Below are positions 22,052-33,330 of a stretch of 64,000 bases of DNA, piece after piece. The notes under the pieces are model-generated. The model did no database searches and was not told the origin of the DNA. It saw nothing but the letters and a program-made list of their open reading frames with translations. The DNA is from Perkinsus chesapeaki ATCC PRA-425 (lineage: Eukaryota; Protista; Perkinsozoa). Position 1 is the first letter of the stretch; each line of letters starts with the position of its first letter. A program made the position numbers and the translations under genes. The stretch covers positions 25,880 to 89,879 of the forward strand of contig JAAPAO010000074.1 in assembly GCA_013115145.1 (NCBI GenBank). The letters run 5' to 3'.

Positions 22052-23931
22052 TTAAGACGTAGTAGCACTACGAATAGTTCTACCAATAAGGCCCATAAGC
22101 TGCTCCCAATCCCTAACAGTTGCTGATATAAGTTTACTTCTCCGTTTAAGCTGATTACTCGATGGCTGAGGGTAATAATAAAGTAATAGGTTACGTACAG
22201 ATCCTATTTATTACCCCTATTATTATAAGTTTAGGAGCTAACCATTCCATACCATTATTAAGATACTCCAACAGTTCTAAAGCATTACCCTCACTGACTA
22301 CAATCTAAAGGGGAATGTGATAATGCTAATACTATACCCTTTCCTGCTGCTGCCACCACCACCCTTACTATCTGTTTATTTAAATGTGCATAACTAGGTG
22401 CTTTATCTTTATATCGTTTATCAAATGCCCTTATACATTTCTCTGTCGACTTATATGCCTTGACTCTAACCTAAACCATGATACATGCTACTGCTCCCCA
22501 ATCACCACGGTACTCCAACCACCTACGTTATATGCCTCTGACAAAGAATCCTTTTTAGCTTTAGCATCGCTTTTAAATGCAAGCTCATCAATCCATATAA
22601 TAGTCCAAGCTAGATCTAAACCCCCTTAGATCCAACTATCGACTAATTGCTCTCCTTACTTCTATGATCCACTTGTTGTTGTTCTTCGGTAGTGTTCTTC
22701 TTCAATACTGGTGAGCTAGGTAAGGTATATATTCCTCCTGTTGGGCTATATGGTACTATACCAGAGCATCTAACACCGTCACCATTCCATGATGGGCTAC
22801 ATGACGATGATATATCATCCTAATGATAATAACAATACTTATACCGTAATATACCACAACAACAACAACACTTACCAGTACATTAACAGCAGCAGTCGCC
22901 CCCCTATCATAATCACCTTGCCGATGAAATAGCCTTCGACGGGGTGGATAGAACCTGTGGCTGTAATAAGCAAATATAATACTACTATCAGCTATTACGA
23001 ATGACGTGATGCAGATGTTGTTGTCCTATACTGGTTATCGTTATCACTCCATTTAGCAGAGTATGATGATGCTGTTGCTGGTGAATAAACACATTCCGCC
23101 CTCCAATCCACCATGGTTCCAGGTGGTCCTATTGGTGAGCTAGCTGTCACATTATATAATGTAGGTGAGCTCAATATATGTGTCATATACGGTGATGTTG
23201 GTGATACATCAGAGAGTTCTGGTGGAGGACGCTTCAATTTAGTTGAAGTTGATCCTGGTGGTGGATGATGATACAGTACTTCTGGTGGTGGAGGTGGAGG
23301 GATATACTGCACTGATGGGGTAGGGTTAATACTTACACTGAGGGTAAAGAGATAATAAAAGCGAGAAGGAAGAGCAAGGTAGGCCTACTGTGAAGGAGGA
23401 GGAGGTGTCCATCTATTAACTGTATTAAATGGTGACCAATCACCGAAAGTTCTACTACCTACTACTACTGTTGGGGCTGTAACAGCACTTTGAGGTGACT
23501 GAGCTGTTGCAGCTAAATAACAGTTATATAAAATGATATACTAGGGATACTTACTCATATTGATAGAATCACCAGGTATATCATCAGCCCACTTAAAAGG
23601 TGACTATACCGTAACATCCACTAATACCCTAACTTTATATGACCTACCTGTGATATCTTATGAGGTGATGCCAATGGCATTAGCTCAGGTGATGGCATAG
23701 ATACTCTACCGTATCTTGTTGAACGGAATACAGCTGCCGGAGCTGTTGAATGATGTACAAACATAGGCCTAGGTCCACGGAAGTCAACAAAAGTATTATG
23801 GACCTAAATATCCTTTATAGTGCGTAACCAATTAACCCGGTTAATACCTCATATCCACTTAGAATCTTCTCGGGATCCCTCGGTATCAAGGGGTCTGGAG
23901 TTTGAAGCTGGAAGTATCCACTTTGACGCAT
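22052..23931 (-). CDS. Multi-exon protein with N-terminal VHNTFVDF motif, Pro/Ser-rich linker and C-terminal CheY-like (pseudo-receiver) domain
   Basis: Spliced model starts MRQSGYFQLQTPDPLIPRDPEKILSGYE|VHNTFVDFRGPRPMFVHHSTAPAAV. It ends ...LAWTIIWIDELAFKSDAKAKKDSLSEAYN|VKAYKSTEKCIRAFDKRYKD...KQI|IVVSEGNALELLEYLNN|GSVRNLLLYYYPQ...LISATVRDWEQLMGLIGRTIRSATTS*. Confidence 0.6.
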
Positions 23932-24122
23932 TCACACAAGAAGAAAAGACCATAGGACTGTCGTCGTCGGAAACGAGGTGCTCAACACAGCGTCACGCGC
24001 CACGAAACACCGCGCACGCCCCAGATCTTGCTCCGAGTAAGTAAGTTACTATCTGTTAACTTTAAATGCGTAGCTCTAGATCCCGATCAACTACCCCTAC
24101 CAGAGTAGGAAATAGGCCTGCT
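23932..24122. promoter_or_regulatory. Candidate bidirectional promoter between the large minus and plus gene blocks
   Basis: 191 nt head-to-head spacer with gtcgtcgtcg and gcgtcacgcgccacgaaacaccgcgcacgcc inside otherwise AT-rich, CpG-poor DNA. Confidence 0.45.
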
Positions 24123-26950
24123 ATGGGGTCTGGTACTATATTGAGGTGGTCGGCATTAACGGTAATAATGAATAAAGGGATGGTATAAAGGTGGTGGTGT
24201 TCTATAGGCTATTGAACAGGAACAATTAGCAGGTATATTAGGTAATCATGGTATACAATTCCGTAAAATAATGGCAAGAGGAGGACACGTAATAATACTG
24301 GGGTATATAGTAGATGCATTAGGTTCAGGTTCATAACGTAGCTTATTTAAGGATAGTATGTGAGCATACTGATGATAAAGTGATGACACGTAATAAGACA
24401 AGAGATAGGTCTATTGGACCATCTAGGAGGAAGGTAAAGGATGATGAAGGTATGATAAAGGATAGGATGAGAAGGGTAATGGATTATATAGGAACATCAT
24501 CATTAACAATAAGTGGTGTAATGTCTGAAGGGCTAGAGCACGTGAAGGGGGATTGGCAGGATACGCTATCGTTATTAAAGGAGACCTATGCCCCAGTAAT
24601 ATTGGGGTTGAGCAAAGGTTTATAATGTAATAGGTATTCGAGGCCCTTGGAGATACTGGCCATGATCGAAGAACCCCTCCTGCTGTATTTAATAGTGATA
24701 ACGGTAATTTGTTGTTGTTGTATTATTATGCACTATATAATATGTTGTTAGAATCCGTGGGTGGAAGTAAGCTACAAAGGACAATGGAGGCATTTTATAC
24801 AGATAGGAGTGTTAAGGATGCTACTGTACATTCAGCAAAGGCATTACAATCTACAGGCCAGTCGCAGACACCAGTTGCTGCTATATTTGTAAGTTTTGCC
24901 ATTATTAATAATATGTATATTAATACTAGGTAAACTGGCTTACAGGTCGACTAGGTCTACGTCGGTTAACAGATCAAGGTATGATGGAAACACTACTATT
25001 AACCCATCGATTACGAGAGGGTGATATGATGGTAATGGTTATTAGGGTTGGTGCTGGTTCATTACTAGTATTTAGTAGGCTGATATATTTGGTAGGCTAT
25101 TAGAAGGTTCATATGATACTACTGATCTGCTATTCTACCTCTATATTAGATCTATAGTAGCTAGTACTGTAATACAGGTGGGGATCTCAATATTAACTTA
25201 ACAGCAACAAGACCACTTTAGTAGGTTGATAAATCACCTAAGTCCAGTATAGGGGGTCATCATCATCCTATTGTAGTTCAGCTACCACTTGCTGATATAA
25301 AGTCCCTAGCCAAGAAGTAAGGCTAGAGATACTATATAGCAGTGTATGTTACTGTATCAATAGGGTATTTGGTAGAGATCAAAAGACGATATATGATACA
25401 TTTATGCATGTAGTAAGGGGAGGGAAGGGTGGTGGTACGCTGTAATAGGTGTTAACGGATGAGATATCTAAGGCGGCTGCTACTACAGCTGTAGGAGGGC
25501 AGCAGCAGCAGCAGGAGGAGGATGGAGATGAACCACTTGTGGAAGTTGGATACTTGATGTGATACTAGTATTAGTAGTGATGATATAAATGATATTAATA
25601 GGTACATTGCATTATGGGTGTATCATCATCAGAGACCAGAGGTTATAGCATCAGGGCGAACAGCAAGGGAAGGGGGGCAATTAGATCAGACAGCAGCTGT
25701 AGTAGTGGATGGTGGTGGTAAATATTATATAGATGATGATATAATAAAGGAGGCTAGCACAGCAGCAATAGCTACTAGTAGGGATCTATTGAGTAGAAGC
25801 CAAGATGATAAACAATATGTAGTATAGTTATAGGATTGTTACGAGTGTTGATTATGGTTAATAGGAGAATGTAGTTAACAATGGCAATAAGCATGGATTG
25901 GCAATGAAGGTTCAACAACAGTCATCTACTATTACAGATTATCTACAGTCAATACAACATTATCGTAGAGCACGTCAGGAGTTGGAGGAGGAAGCTGCTG
26001 CTAATTCCTGGGGTGGTGAGGATAGCACTGTTTATGGTCGTCCATATATTATATAGGCTCTATAGTGACCAGAGATCATCATACAGAGTGCTGCTCAAGA
26101 AAGAGTGATGTAATATATTGATGGTAGTGATAGTGGATACATGGCTAATAGGAAGGGACAGCAGGAGCAGCAGCAGCAGTGAGGCATGGTTGGGTTAATG
26201 ATATTATACATGCCTGTCAGAGGTCTATGATGGATAGTGTGCAGGAGGTAGAGGATGGTGGGGGCTGCTGCTGGGTATGGTAAAGATGGTGGTATCATAG
26301 GCACGAGCATCATCAAGGCATCCTTTACGGTTAACACATAGTGATTTCGATGCAGCATTAGAGCCATGTGTACAGACAGTATTAAGGGAGGAATGTACAT
26401 TATTGGTTACTAGGGTACAACCTACTACACTAGATGGGGTAGTAAAGTTGTGGGAAGAGCGGTATTATTATGAAGGTTAATGATAGGTAGAGGTATCACA
26501 TACATCTGGACCACTAGTAGCTGATGCATTAAATGCAGTTGTTAATGAGCTAACAACAACAGCTGATCAGCTAGTTCAGGTCATATTACCAATGGGAGGG
26601 CGGCATCTATAGTAGTAGTGATGTAGGTTATTATGGATGGTAGTATAGAGGATTGGAATACATCATTAACACTATTATTGGCTAAGAATAGAGGGGATGA
26701 TAAGGATATAATAGCAGCAGATAGGGTTATATACGAAAGGCTAGTAAGATGGTATAGGGAGGGGAATGGTGTTATGGTGGTGGTGGTGTAGGTTGAATTA
26801 AGGGATACTATATTAGCAGATGAATCTGGTACATTAAGACAGGCAGCTGTGGGGGACTTCTGTCATACTTTATTGTGTAGTAGTGTATTGAAGACTTATT
26901 GTGGTGAATTAATTAAAAGGGAGATCTTACTACTTATTAACACATCTTAA
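24123..26950 (+). CDS. Multi-exon hypothetical protein
   Basis: Purine-rich coding-like exons separated by short AT-rich GT-AG introns, from MGSGTILRWSALT to ...EILLLINTS* at 26950. The internal exon chain was not fully resolved. Confidence 0.45.
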
Positions 26951-27008
26951 TCATTGACGAAGATGCTCCCCTCCTACTCCTACTACTCCCATTCACATAA
27001 TCATCAAC

Positions 27009-29303
27009 ATGGATTATCATCATCAGCATCAGCCTTTCTCTTACCTCTACTGTTGTAGTGTTACAGTATAGTATAATGATAATATAGTGGTTAATATGTC
27101 ATCACAGGCTGGTGAGGAGGATCCTGTAAGCCCTACACTAGTGTGCCCAGAGATAGTACTAGAGCCACATGTAGTGGATGAGATAAAGGATATGTTTAAT
27201 AAGCAAGATAGAGATGGTGATGGTAGAATAGATGCAATAGAGTTAGCTGAGGCATGGAAGGAGGCATTAAGGAAAGGTGGAGCTCAAAAGTAGAGATATA
27301 CATGGAGACCTGTTGATAGAACAGTGCAGTAGTAGGTGTGTTGATACGCAGTTGATGGCGAGTGAAGTGGCACGTACATTGGATATAATGGATATTAATG
27401 GTGATGGTACTGTAGACTTACAGGAGTTTATACATGCTATGTTAATTAATGGTAGTAATAATAATAATACCAAATTTCCATCAAATCATCTGTAAGGTAC
27501 CATGCCTAATCGTCTAATGGAGGTTAATGAGCTAGTAAGACGTAAGCTGCGGAAGGACCCTGGAGTGCTTGATGAGATTATAGACAACTTCATGTTGGTG
27601 GAGGAAGGGCTATTTCTTAGTAGATACTATTGTTAGGCGATTGGATGAGACAGGGGAAGGAAGGCTCACATACAAGCAGATATGTCAAGGCATGTTAACG
27701 GATGTTGATGGTGATGATGTGAAGGTAAGTGATGTTATTAGGGAGATAGAGTATAGTTGTATTGGCAGAAGGAAGCATTAGAGGCTATGGACCTGGATAA
27801 TAGTGGAAATGTGGACTATTATGAATATTTATATTATATATTAGGGAGGCGCAAGGAGAAGGTTGAGCTACTCTAGTCATACCATACTTTCCTCAAATTA
27901 TCATTACATGTCCCCTACCTCGTTCAGCTATGATATATCTAACGGCACCTCTAAAGCATTAAGCCCTATATTATTTAGTCATAGAGTTGATGCTATATGG
28001 CATACTAGTGTTGTTGTATTTGGTAGGGAATGGTGGTTTGGTGGTAATGTAAGCATACTCTACAGCTCCCCCTCTTCCCGTCAGCATCATCGCTGCCTTA
28101 GGTCTTCCGTAGTATCCCTGAGACCACTCCTTTTGGCACCCCTATTAAACGTATTGAACTAGGTTATACCCTTCATACTGAGAATGAGCTCTATAATGTA
28201 AGGTTGGCGGTGGTCACCGCTGTAGGGTAGTAGTATGTTGTTGTTGTTGTTGTATAGGTGCTAGTGGAGAGGCTATCATTAGAGTACACACCTGATACAT
28301 ATGATGTTATGACTAAGAACTGCAATAACTTTACCAATGATGTATCATTATTCCTATTACAGAAGCAGATACCCTTAGATATATTAGACATGCCACATCG
28401 TCTAATGGGAAGTGGTCTTGCTAGGATACTAAGGTTCTTACAACCTACCTATACTACTTCTATCTTACTACCTCTCACACTACTTCAGGCCATTCCTTAA
28501 CCATTGGCTGGGTGGATTTGGTGATGATGCTGAGCCAGATAGTGAAGATAACCTATTACATAGTCTAGCTGATAAGCTAGCATCAGGGGATTTGGCGTCG
28601 GTTAATACTATGGTAATTAAGAACCCTCTGAGGAGGAAGAGGAGGATGAGCATGCTCCCTTATCCTTTGCTCAGGTACATTACTCACCACCTGGTCAGCC
28701 ATCACAGACAGTACAGATAACCGCTGTTAATAAGAAGAAAAAGACTGTTACTGTTAGACGATTCCAGTGATATTATTATACATTATTATTACTATTGATA
28801 ATAGTTCCTCAGGAACGGTGAATTTATAATAATAAGAGATGTACCATACTCCAAGCTAAGCTCTATTGATAACTATACTAATGAGCATGCATACTTTGCT
28901 GCATTAGCAGTATTATTAAAGCATGCTGATGAGATAAAGGAAGAGGAGGACCTCAGGCAAATGCAAAAGGTAGGGTTGTAATAATACACTATAACCTTAA
29001 AAGCATATTAGATGCGAAAAGGACTATCGGACGCCTTGCTTGAAGCCTCTGCTGGTGCTGCCTCTGGGGTGGATACTTCTATAAAACTATACGGTAGTAC
29101 ACGTGACATTATCTTAATAATATGTGCAGACTGATGCAGACTGCCCTCCATCGACACGTAAGAAGACCAATCATACCATCATACGGAGTAAAAAGGGCGT
29201 TGAAAGGGACACTACTATGGGAAGTGTCAGCAACAACAGCCCTACACCTACCTGTTGTGGACTACTCTTCTCTAGAAGGTTACCACAGAGTGCCTCGGGA
29301 TGA
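27009..29303 (+). CDS. Four-EF-hand protein fused to a PPPDE (DeSI-1-like) cysteine isopeptidase domain
   Basis: EF loops DRDGDGRIDAIEL, DINGDGTVDLQEF, DETGEGRLTYKQI (degenerate) and DLDNSGNVDYYEF are followed by KVELL..YDISNGTSKALSPILFSHRVDAIWHTSVVVFGREWWFGG and YDVMTKNCNNFTNDVSLFLLQKQIPLDILDMP (His/Cys dyad of PPPDE peptidases). Confidence 0.8.
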
Positions 29304-29391
29304 TGCATGTTAATAGAAGCGTAGCTGTGATAGCTGTTGATGTGTTGTTGAGTTAATCCCTTGTTGTTATTGTATTATTAGTATTATTATT

Positions 29392-31278
29392 ATGGACCCA
29401 TCATTAAAGGGTAATAAGTTAGGGGGTATAGTGAATATCGAGGATAAGCTGAAGGAGTATCAATCATGGCATATTGATACAAGAGGGATGGTATCTGATG
29501 AAGAGAGGAATGCATTTTTTAAATCCCTCAGATCAAAAGTATTAAGCTGATATCTCTGAGGGTGAGTATTGTTATTATTATTTCAGCCAGCTAACCGTAC
29601 ATGTATCGATTGTATGACTCGCAATCCAGTATGGATCAGTACTGGCTTTGGCGTTTTTGTATGCTTAAACTGTTCAGGAAGGCATCGTCAAATGGGGGTA
29701 ATACTATATGCTAGACGGCTGCTAGTATTTATACCATATTTCCGCTAAATCAGGTACATATTACCTTCGTTCGGAGCTGTGAGATGGATAAGCTGCCACC
29801 ACAGTATTTAGTAAGCAGTAACAGTAAAGAGATGTATCAAGTTTATTGGGCTGCTGTTGCTGCAGATTCAAATGGATCTCGGTGGTAATGAGAGAGCTCG
29901 TGACTTCTTTAAACAACATAATATGGGACCAGGATGTTCAAAGCCAATAGACTATCATGGGAGGTAAAGAGTAGAAGGAGGCTACTACTAGTAGTAGCTA
30001 TTTACAGGTGGGCAGCTAAATACAGGCAAATGCTACAGAAGGAGGTTGATGAGGTTATGGGAAAGTAAGAAAGTAGACAAAGGGTAGGAGCAGCAGCAGC
30101 TACCGTTATTTAGATTGCATTATGATATACCAAATGGAGAGGTAGAGAACGGAAGTAAGGAAGTCAGTAGCAGCATTAGCAGCAGCCCTATGGCGGCAGC
30201 AGCAGATAGTACTGAACCGACTGCCACTGCTTCCGCTACTGCTGGAGTAGCTGAAGTTATGGTAACTATTAATAAGGGGGGGGTATTATTTAATGTGTAT
30301 GATAGGAAAGGGGAAGGAACCATAATGATGATAAGAATAAGAAGAAGGCAGCTCCAATAGTCATACGGAAGAGGCCGATAGCAGCACCAGTAGTGGTTAA
30401 GGCTGATGGTGCTGCTGCCAATCCTATACCAGCTACTACTACACATCACACTAGCAGTATATTCGCTGATAATGCTGGAGAGGTGAGGATGGTAGAGGGT
30501 AGAGGGTAGTTATCATTCCTGGTGGTAGTAGGTTGATGACTTTTTTGATCGACTTGAGAAGGAGGCTGCAGCAAACCCTAAACCGTTACCAATGCCTACC
30601 AAGCCTAGTGCCCCCATCAGTGGAGGAGGAGGGTTTGTAAAGCCAGTGCCCTCTAAAGGTAAGTAACAATAATTTTATATAGCTTATTAACATTCAGGAC
30701 CAGCCCGAGATGATTATACAAAAGTAACCTCTCCTACAGCAGCAGCAACAGTTCATTCTCCTACCTATTCTAAAGCGGGGCCATCCTATGGGACACCCTC
30801 TGCTGCTGGTGCTGGTGGTGGTGCTGTACCTGATCGGTTACGAGAGAAGAGAGGTACTCGACTCTTGGTATTCCTGTGTATCCCTTAGTGTTGTTATCAA
30901 TAGGTATATCCTCCGATGATTTTTTCGATGCTTTGAGCCCATCTTATACAAATCCATCTGAACCATCAGAAAGATTACCAGCATCCTTTGCTACACGACA
31001 GAGCTTTGGTAGTGATGATTTAACACCTGGCGGGGCAAGGAGAGATGGAGGTGCTGCTGGCATGGAGTAAGTATACATTCATTGCAGAAATGGTGTTGTC
31101 ATTCCCCTTATAATAGTTTCGATGACCTTAAAACATCAGCTGCAGTAGCGGCAGAGAAGGGTCTACAATACGCCTCAAAGGTAGTTGGAGTGGATATGTA
31201 CCTTATATAGTCATTTATTAATAGGGTTATGAGGCATTATCCTCCTATATGCGTCGACAGGCAGGAGGGGATTTCTAG
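29392..31278 (+). CDS. ARFGAP2/3: ADP-ribosylation factor GTPase-activating protein, ArfGAP2/3 (Glo3) type
   Basis: Zinc finger PANRTCIDCMTRNPVWISTGFGVFVCLNCSGRHRQMG|VHITFVRSCEMD, then GGNERARDFFKQH. A Glo3-type C-terminal motif GISSDDFF is present. Confidence 0.88.
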
Positions 31279-31399
31279 TTCACCACCACCACCATTTTAA
31301 TAACCCCCTCCTTCTCCTCCTTCACTAATGATAATATACATTACCATTCTGTTAATAATAATAATCATCATCATTATATATGGTGTTGATGTGTTGTAA

Positions 31400-33063
31400 A
31401 TGATACTGGTACATAGTGTACAGGGGGATGCTCCGGATTGGAACATGACACCTATCCTCTCCTCTATTGCTCTTCGCGCTACTACCTCCTCAACTTTGGT
31501 TTGTATACCGAGGCACATACGTAGATACACAACACAGCAGCAGCAGCCATGCCACTGGAATATCCGCTATGTTGGGCATGAAGGCAGCTTCTCAGAGGTT
31601 AGGTCCCTTCATATGATAACTGTTGTTATTCTTTATAATTAGATAGCAGCTCGATCACTTCTACTAGCAAGGGGTTATAGATTAGGATCGACCTGTAAGA
31701 TGGGAGATAACCTTATCATTTGCCCATCGTCACGCAGCAGTTACATTGAAAGGTGGGTTCTCTACATCTGATGAGCTACTAGCCTTCGCACCAGCAGCAG
31801 CAGAAGAAGAGGTCTCTAATGAGCTTGCTATTGTAGGTGGTGTTTATTCATTGTATATTTTCTAACCAATGGTATAGGTACCTTTTGAATCCTCTGTATT
31901 TGGTCCATACATTCATGTTTATGATACAGTCCTCCGCGGTGGCCTTAAGATATTTGCTGAATATTCTCAAGTTGAAAAGCACTGCCTTATAGGTATAGTC
32001 GATTGCCATGTGCATCTGTGACTATCTTCTAAGGTGGTACAAACAATACAACGTTATCTACATTGAAGACGGTTTATTCCCATCCGTGGATTCTTAGAAA
32101 CAGTACCGATTAATCCTCCTCCTACCACTTGAGTTTATTTGTTAGGCAGAGAGTTCTTGGTAAAACATAAGTATTCGAGAGTTGAGATAAACTCCACTTC
32201 ACGTGAGAAATCTCAGCAGATATGAGCAGCAGTCTCAACAGCTTTATTAGATGCCGTGGAGCTCATTGCTGCTCATCGTGATGATCCAACGATAGCTGCT
32301 ATTGGAAGTACTGTACAGGCGGAGAAGCATGGTTTACATATCGTAAGACTGTGTGTAGTTGCTGGTGTATTGGAATACTTCCTAGTAGATGAAAGAGAAT
32401 GTAGCATGTGATGAGAATACACAGACACGTTATGCTATTGTTGGTCCGGCTAACATTGATGGGGATATATTGGAATGCCTTGACAATGTGCCTTTGAAAT
32501 CAGCACTGTGTGTGTCGATAAAGGTAGCGGATAACCAATAGTGGGTTGCCATCAGGTTTTTGCATATCAGGACGAGCCAAGTGCTCTGTTCAAGGCATTA
32601 GCTAGCTTTTCTTTACGTAATTTGAACATTAGCAACGTGGTAGGCCCAAACGAGCATGTTTTGGTGCTCCAAAATGCTGCCATTTTCAGGTGCTGAGACC
32701 CCTGGCGATGTTCCCTTCCTTCAGAGAGGCATTACCAGGTGGTGGACAGCATTGGGACTATTGTTTTTATATAGAGTAAACTATTGGAACACTCTGGAGG
32801 GTAATGTCGCTATTCAGATACGAGGCAGGATCAAATGATTGTGAAGAAGCCTTAGTTGCTAGCTTGAAAGAACTAAGTGGGCCTGTGGTTCAGCGATTGG
32901 GCAATGTAACATGCAGCACTCATCCGGTTTATACCATTGATGCCACGCCTTTCAGAGGTATCCTTCTTTTGTCCGCCACAGCCATTATCGGCATCCTGAT
33001 TGGAAGTCTCGATCTGATGAGAGTGTATCATGGGAGCAGTTGCGAGAATTCTTATCTCGTTGA
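31400..33063 (+). CDS. pheA: Prephenate dehydratase (PDT + ACT domain) with N-terminal extension
   Basis: Motifs IRYVGHEGSFSE, VPFESSVFG, TVYSHPW, ENTQTRYAIVG, DEPSALFKALASFSLRNLNI, HWDYCFYIE and QRLGN|RYP follow the order of PDT and ACT motifs. Confidence 0.85.
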
Positions 33064-33230
33064 TGACTAAATCACATCGCAGTTATACATAAAGTAGAGT
33101 AGCCTCTCCTCCGAGAGTGTAGTCGTCTTTTTATTAAATTATCTTTATTGTGTTCTTTCTAGTGAGGCCGTCCACATGTTCATTAGTGTAACTAATGCCA
33201 CGGCTAACGATCGGGTTGAAATGTATCATT

Positions 33231-33302
33231 GGTTCTATGGTGTAACGGTTAGCACTCCAGACTCTGAATCTGGCGATCTGGGTTCAAATCCCGGTAGAAC
33301 CT
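33231..33302 (+). tRNA. trnQ-CTG: tRNA-Gln, anticodon CTG, no intron
   Basis: GGTTCTA...TAGAACC acceptor stem, D arm TGGTGTAACGGTTAGCA, anticodon arm CCAGA-CTCTGAA-TCTGG, T loop GGTTCAAATCC. Confidence 0.95.
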
Positions 33303-33330
33303 ATTTCCCTTTAACACAAAGCAATTCACA

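Noticed and set aside
25178-25300. GDLNINL, resembling an endonuclease/phosphatase or retrotransposon EN motif
   Set aside because: The frame closes within a few codons, and no other EEP or reverse-transcriptase motifs are nearby.
32930-33070. Apparent C-terminal TM anchor on prephenate dehydratase (GILLLSATAIIGILIG in ORF 32804-33070)
   Set aside because: An intron after QRLGN shifts the frame to RYPSFVRHSHY..., matching the canonical LG-x-YP end of PDT.
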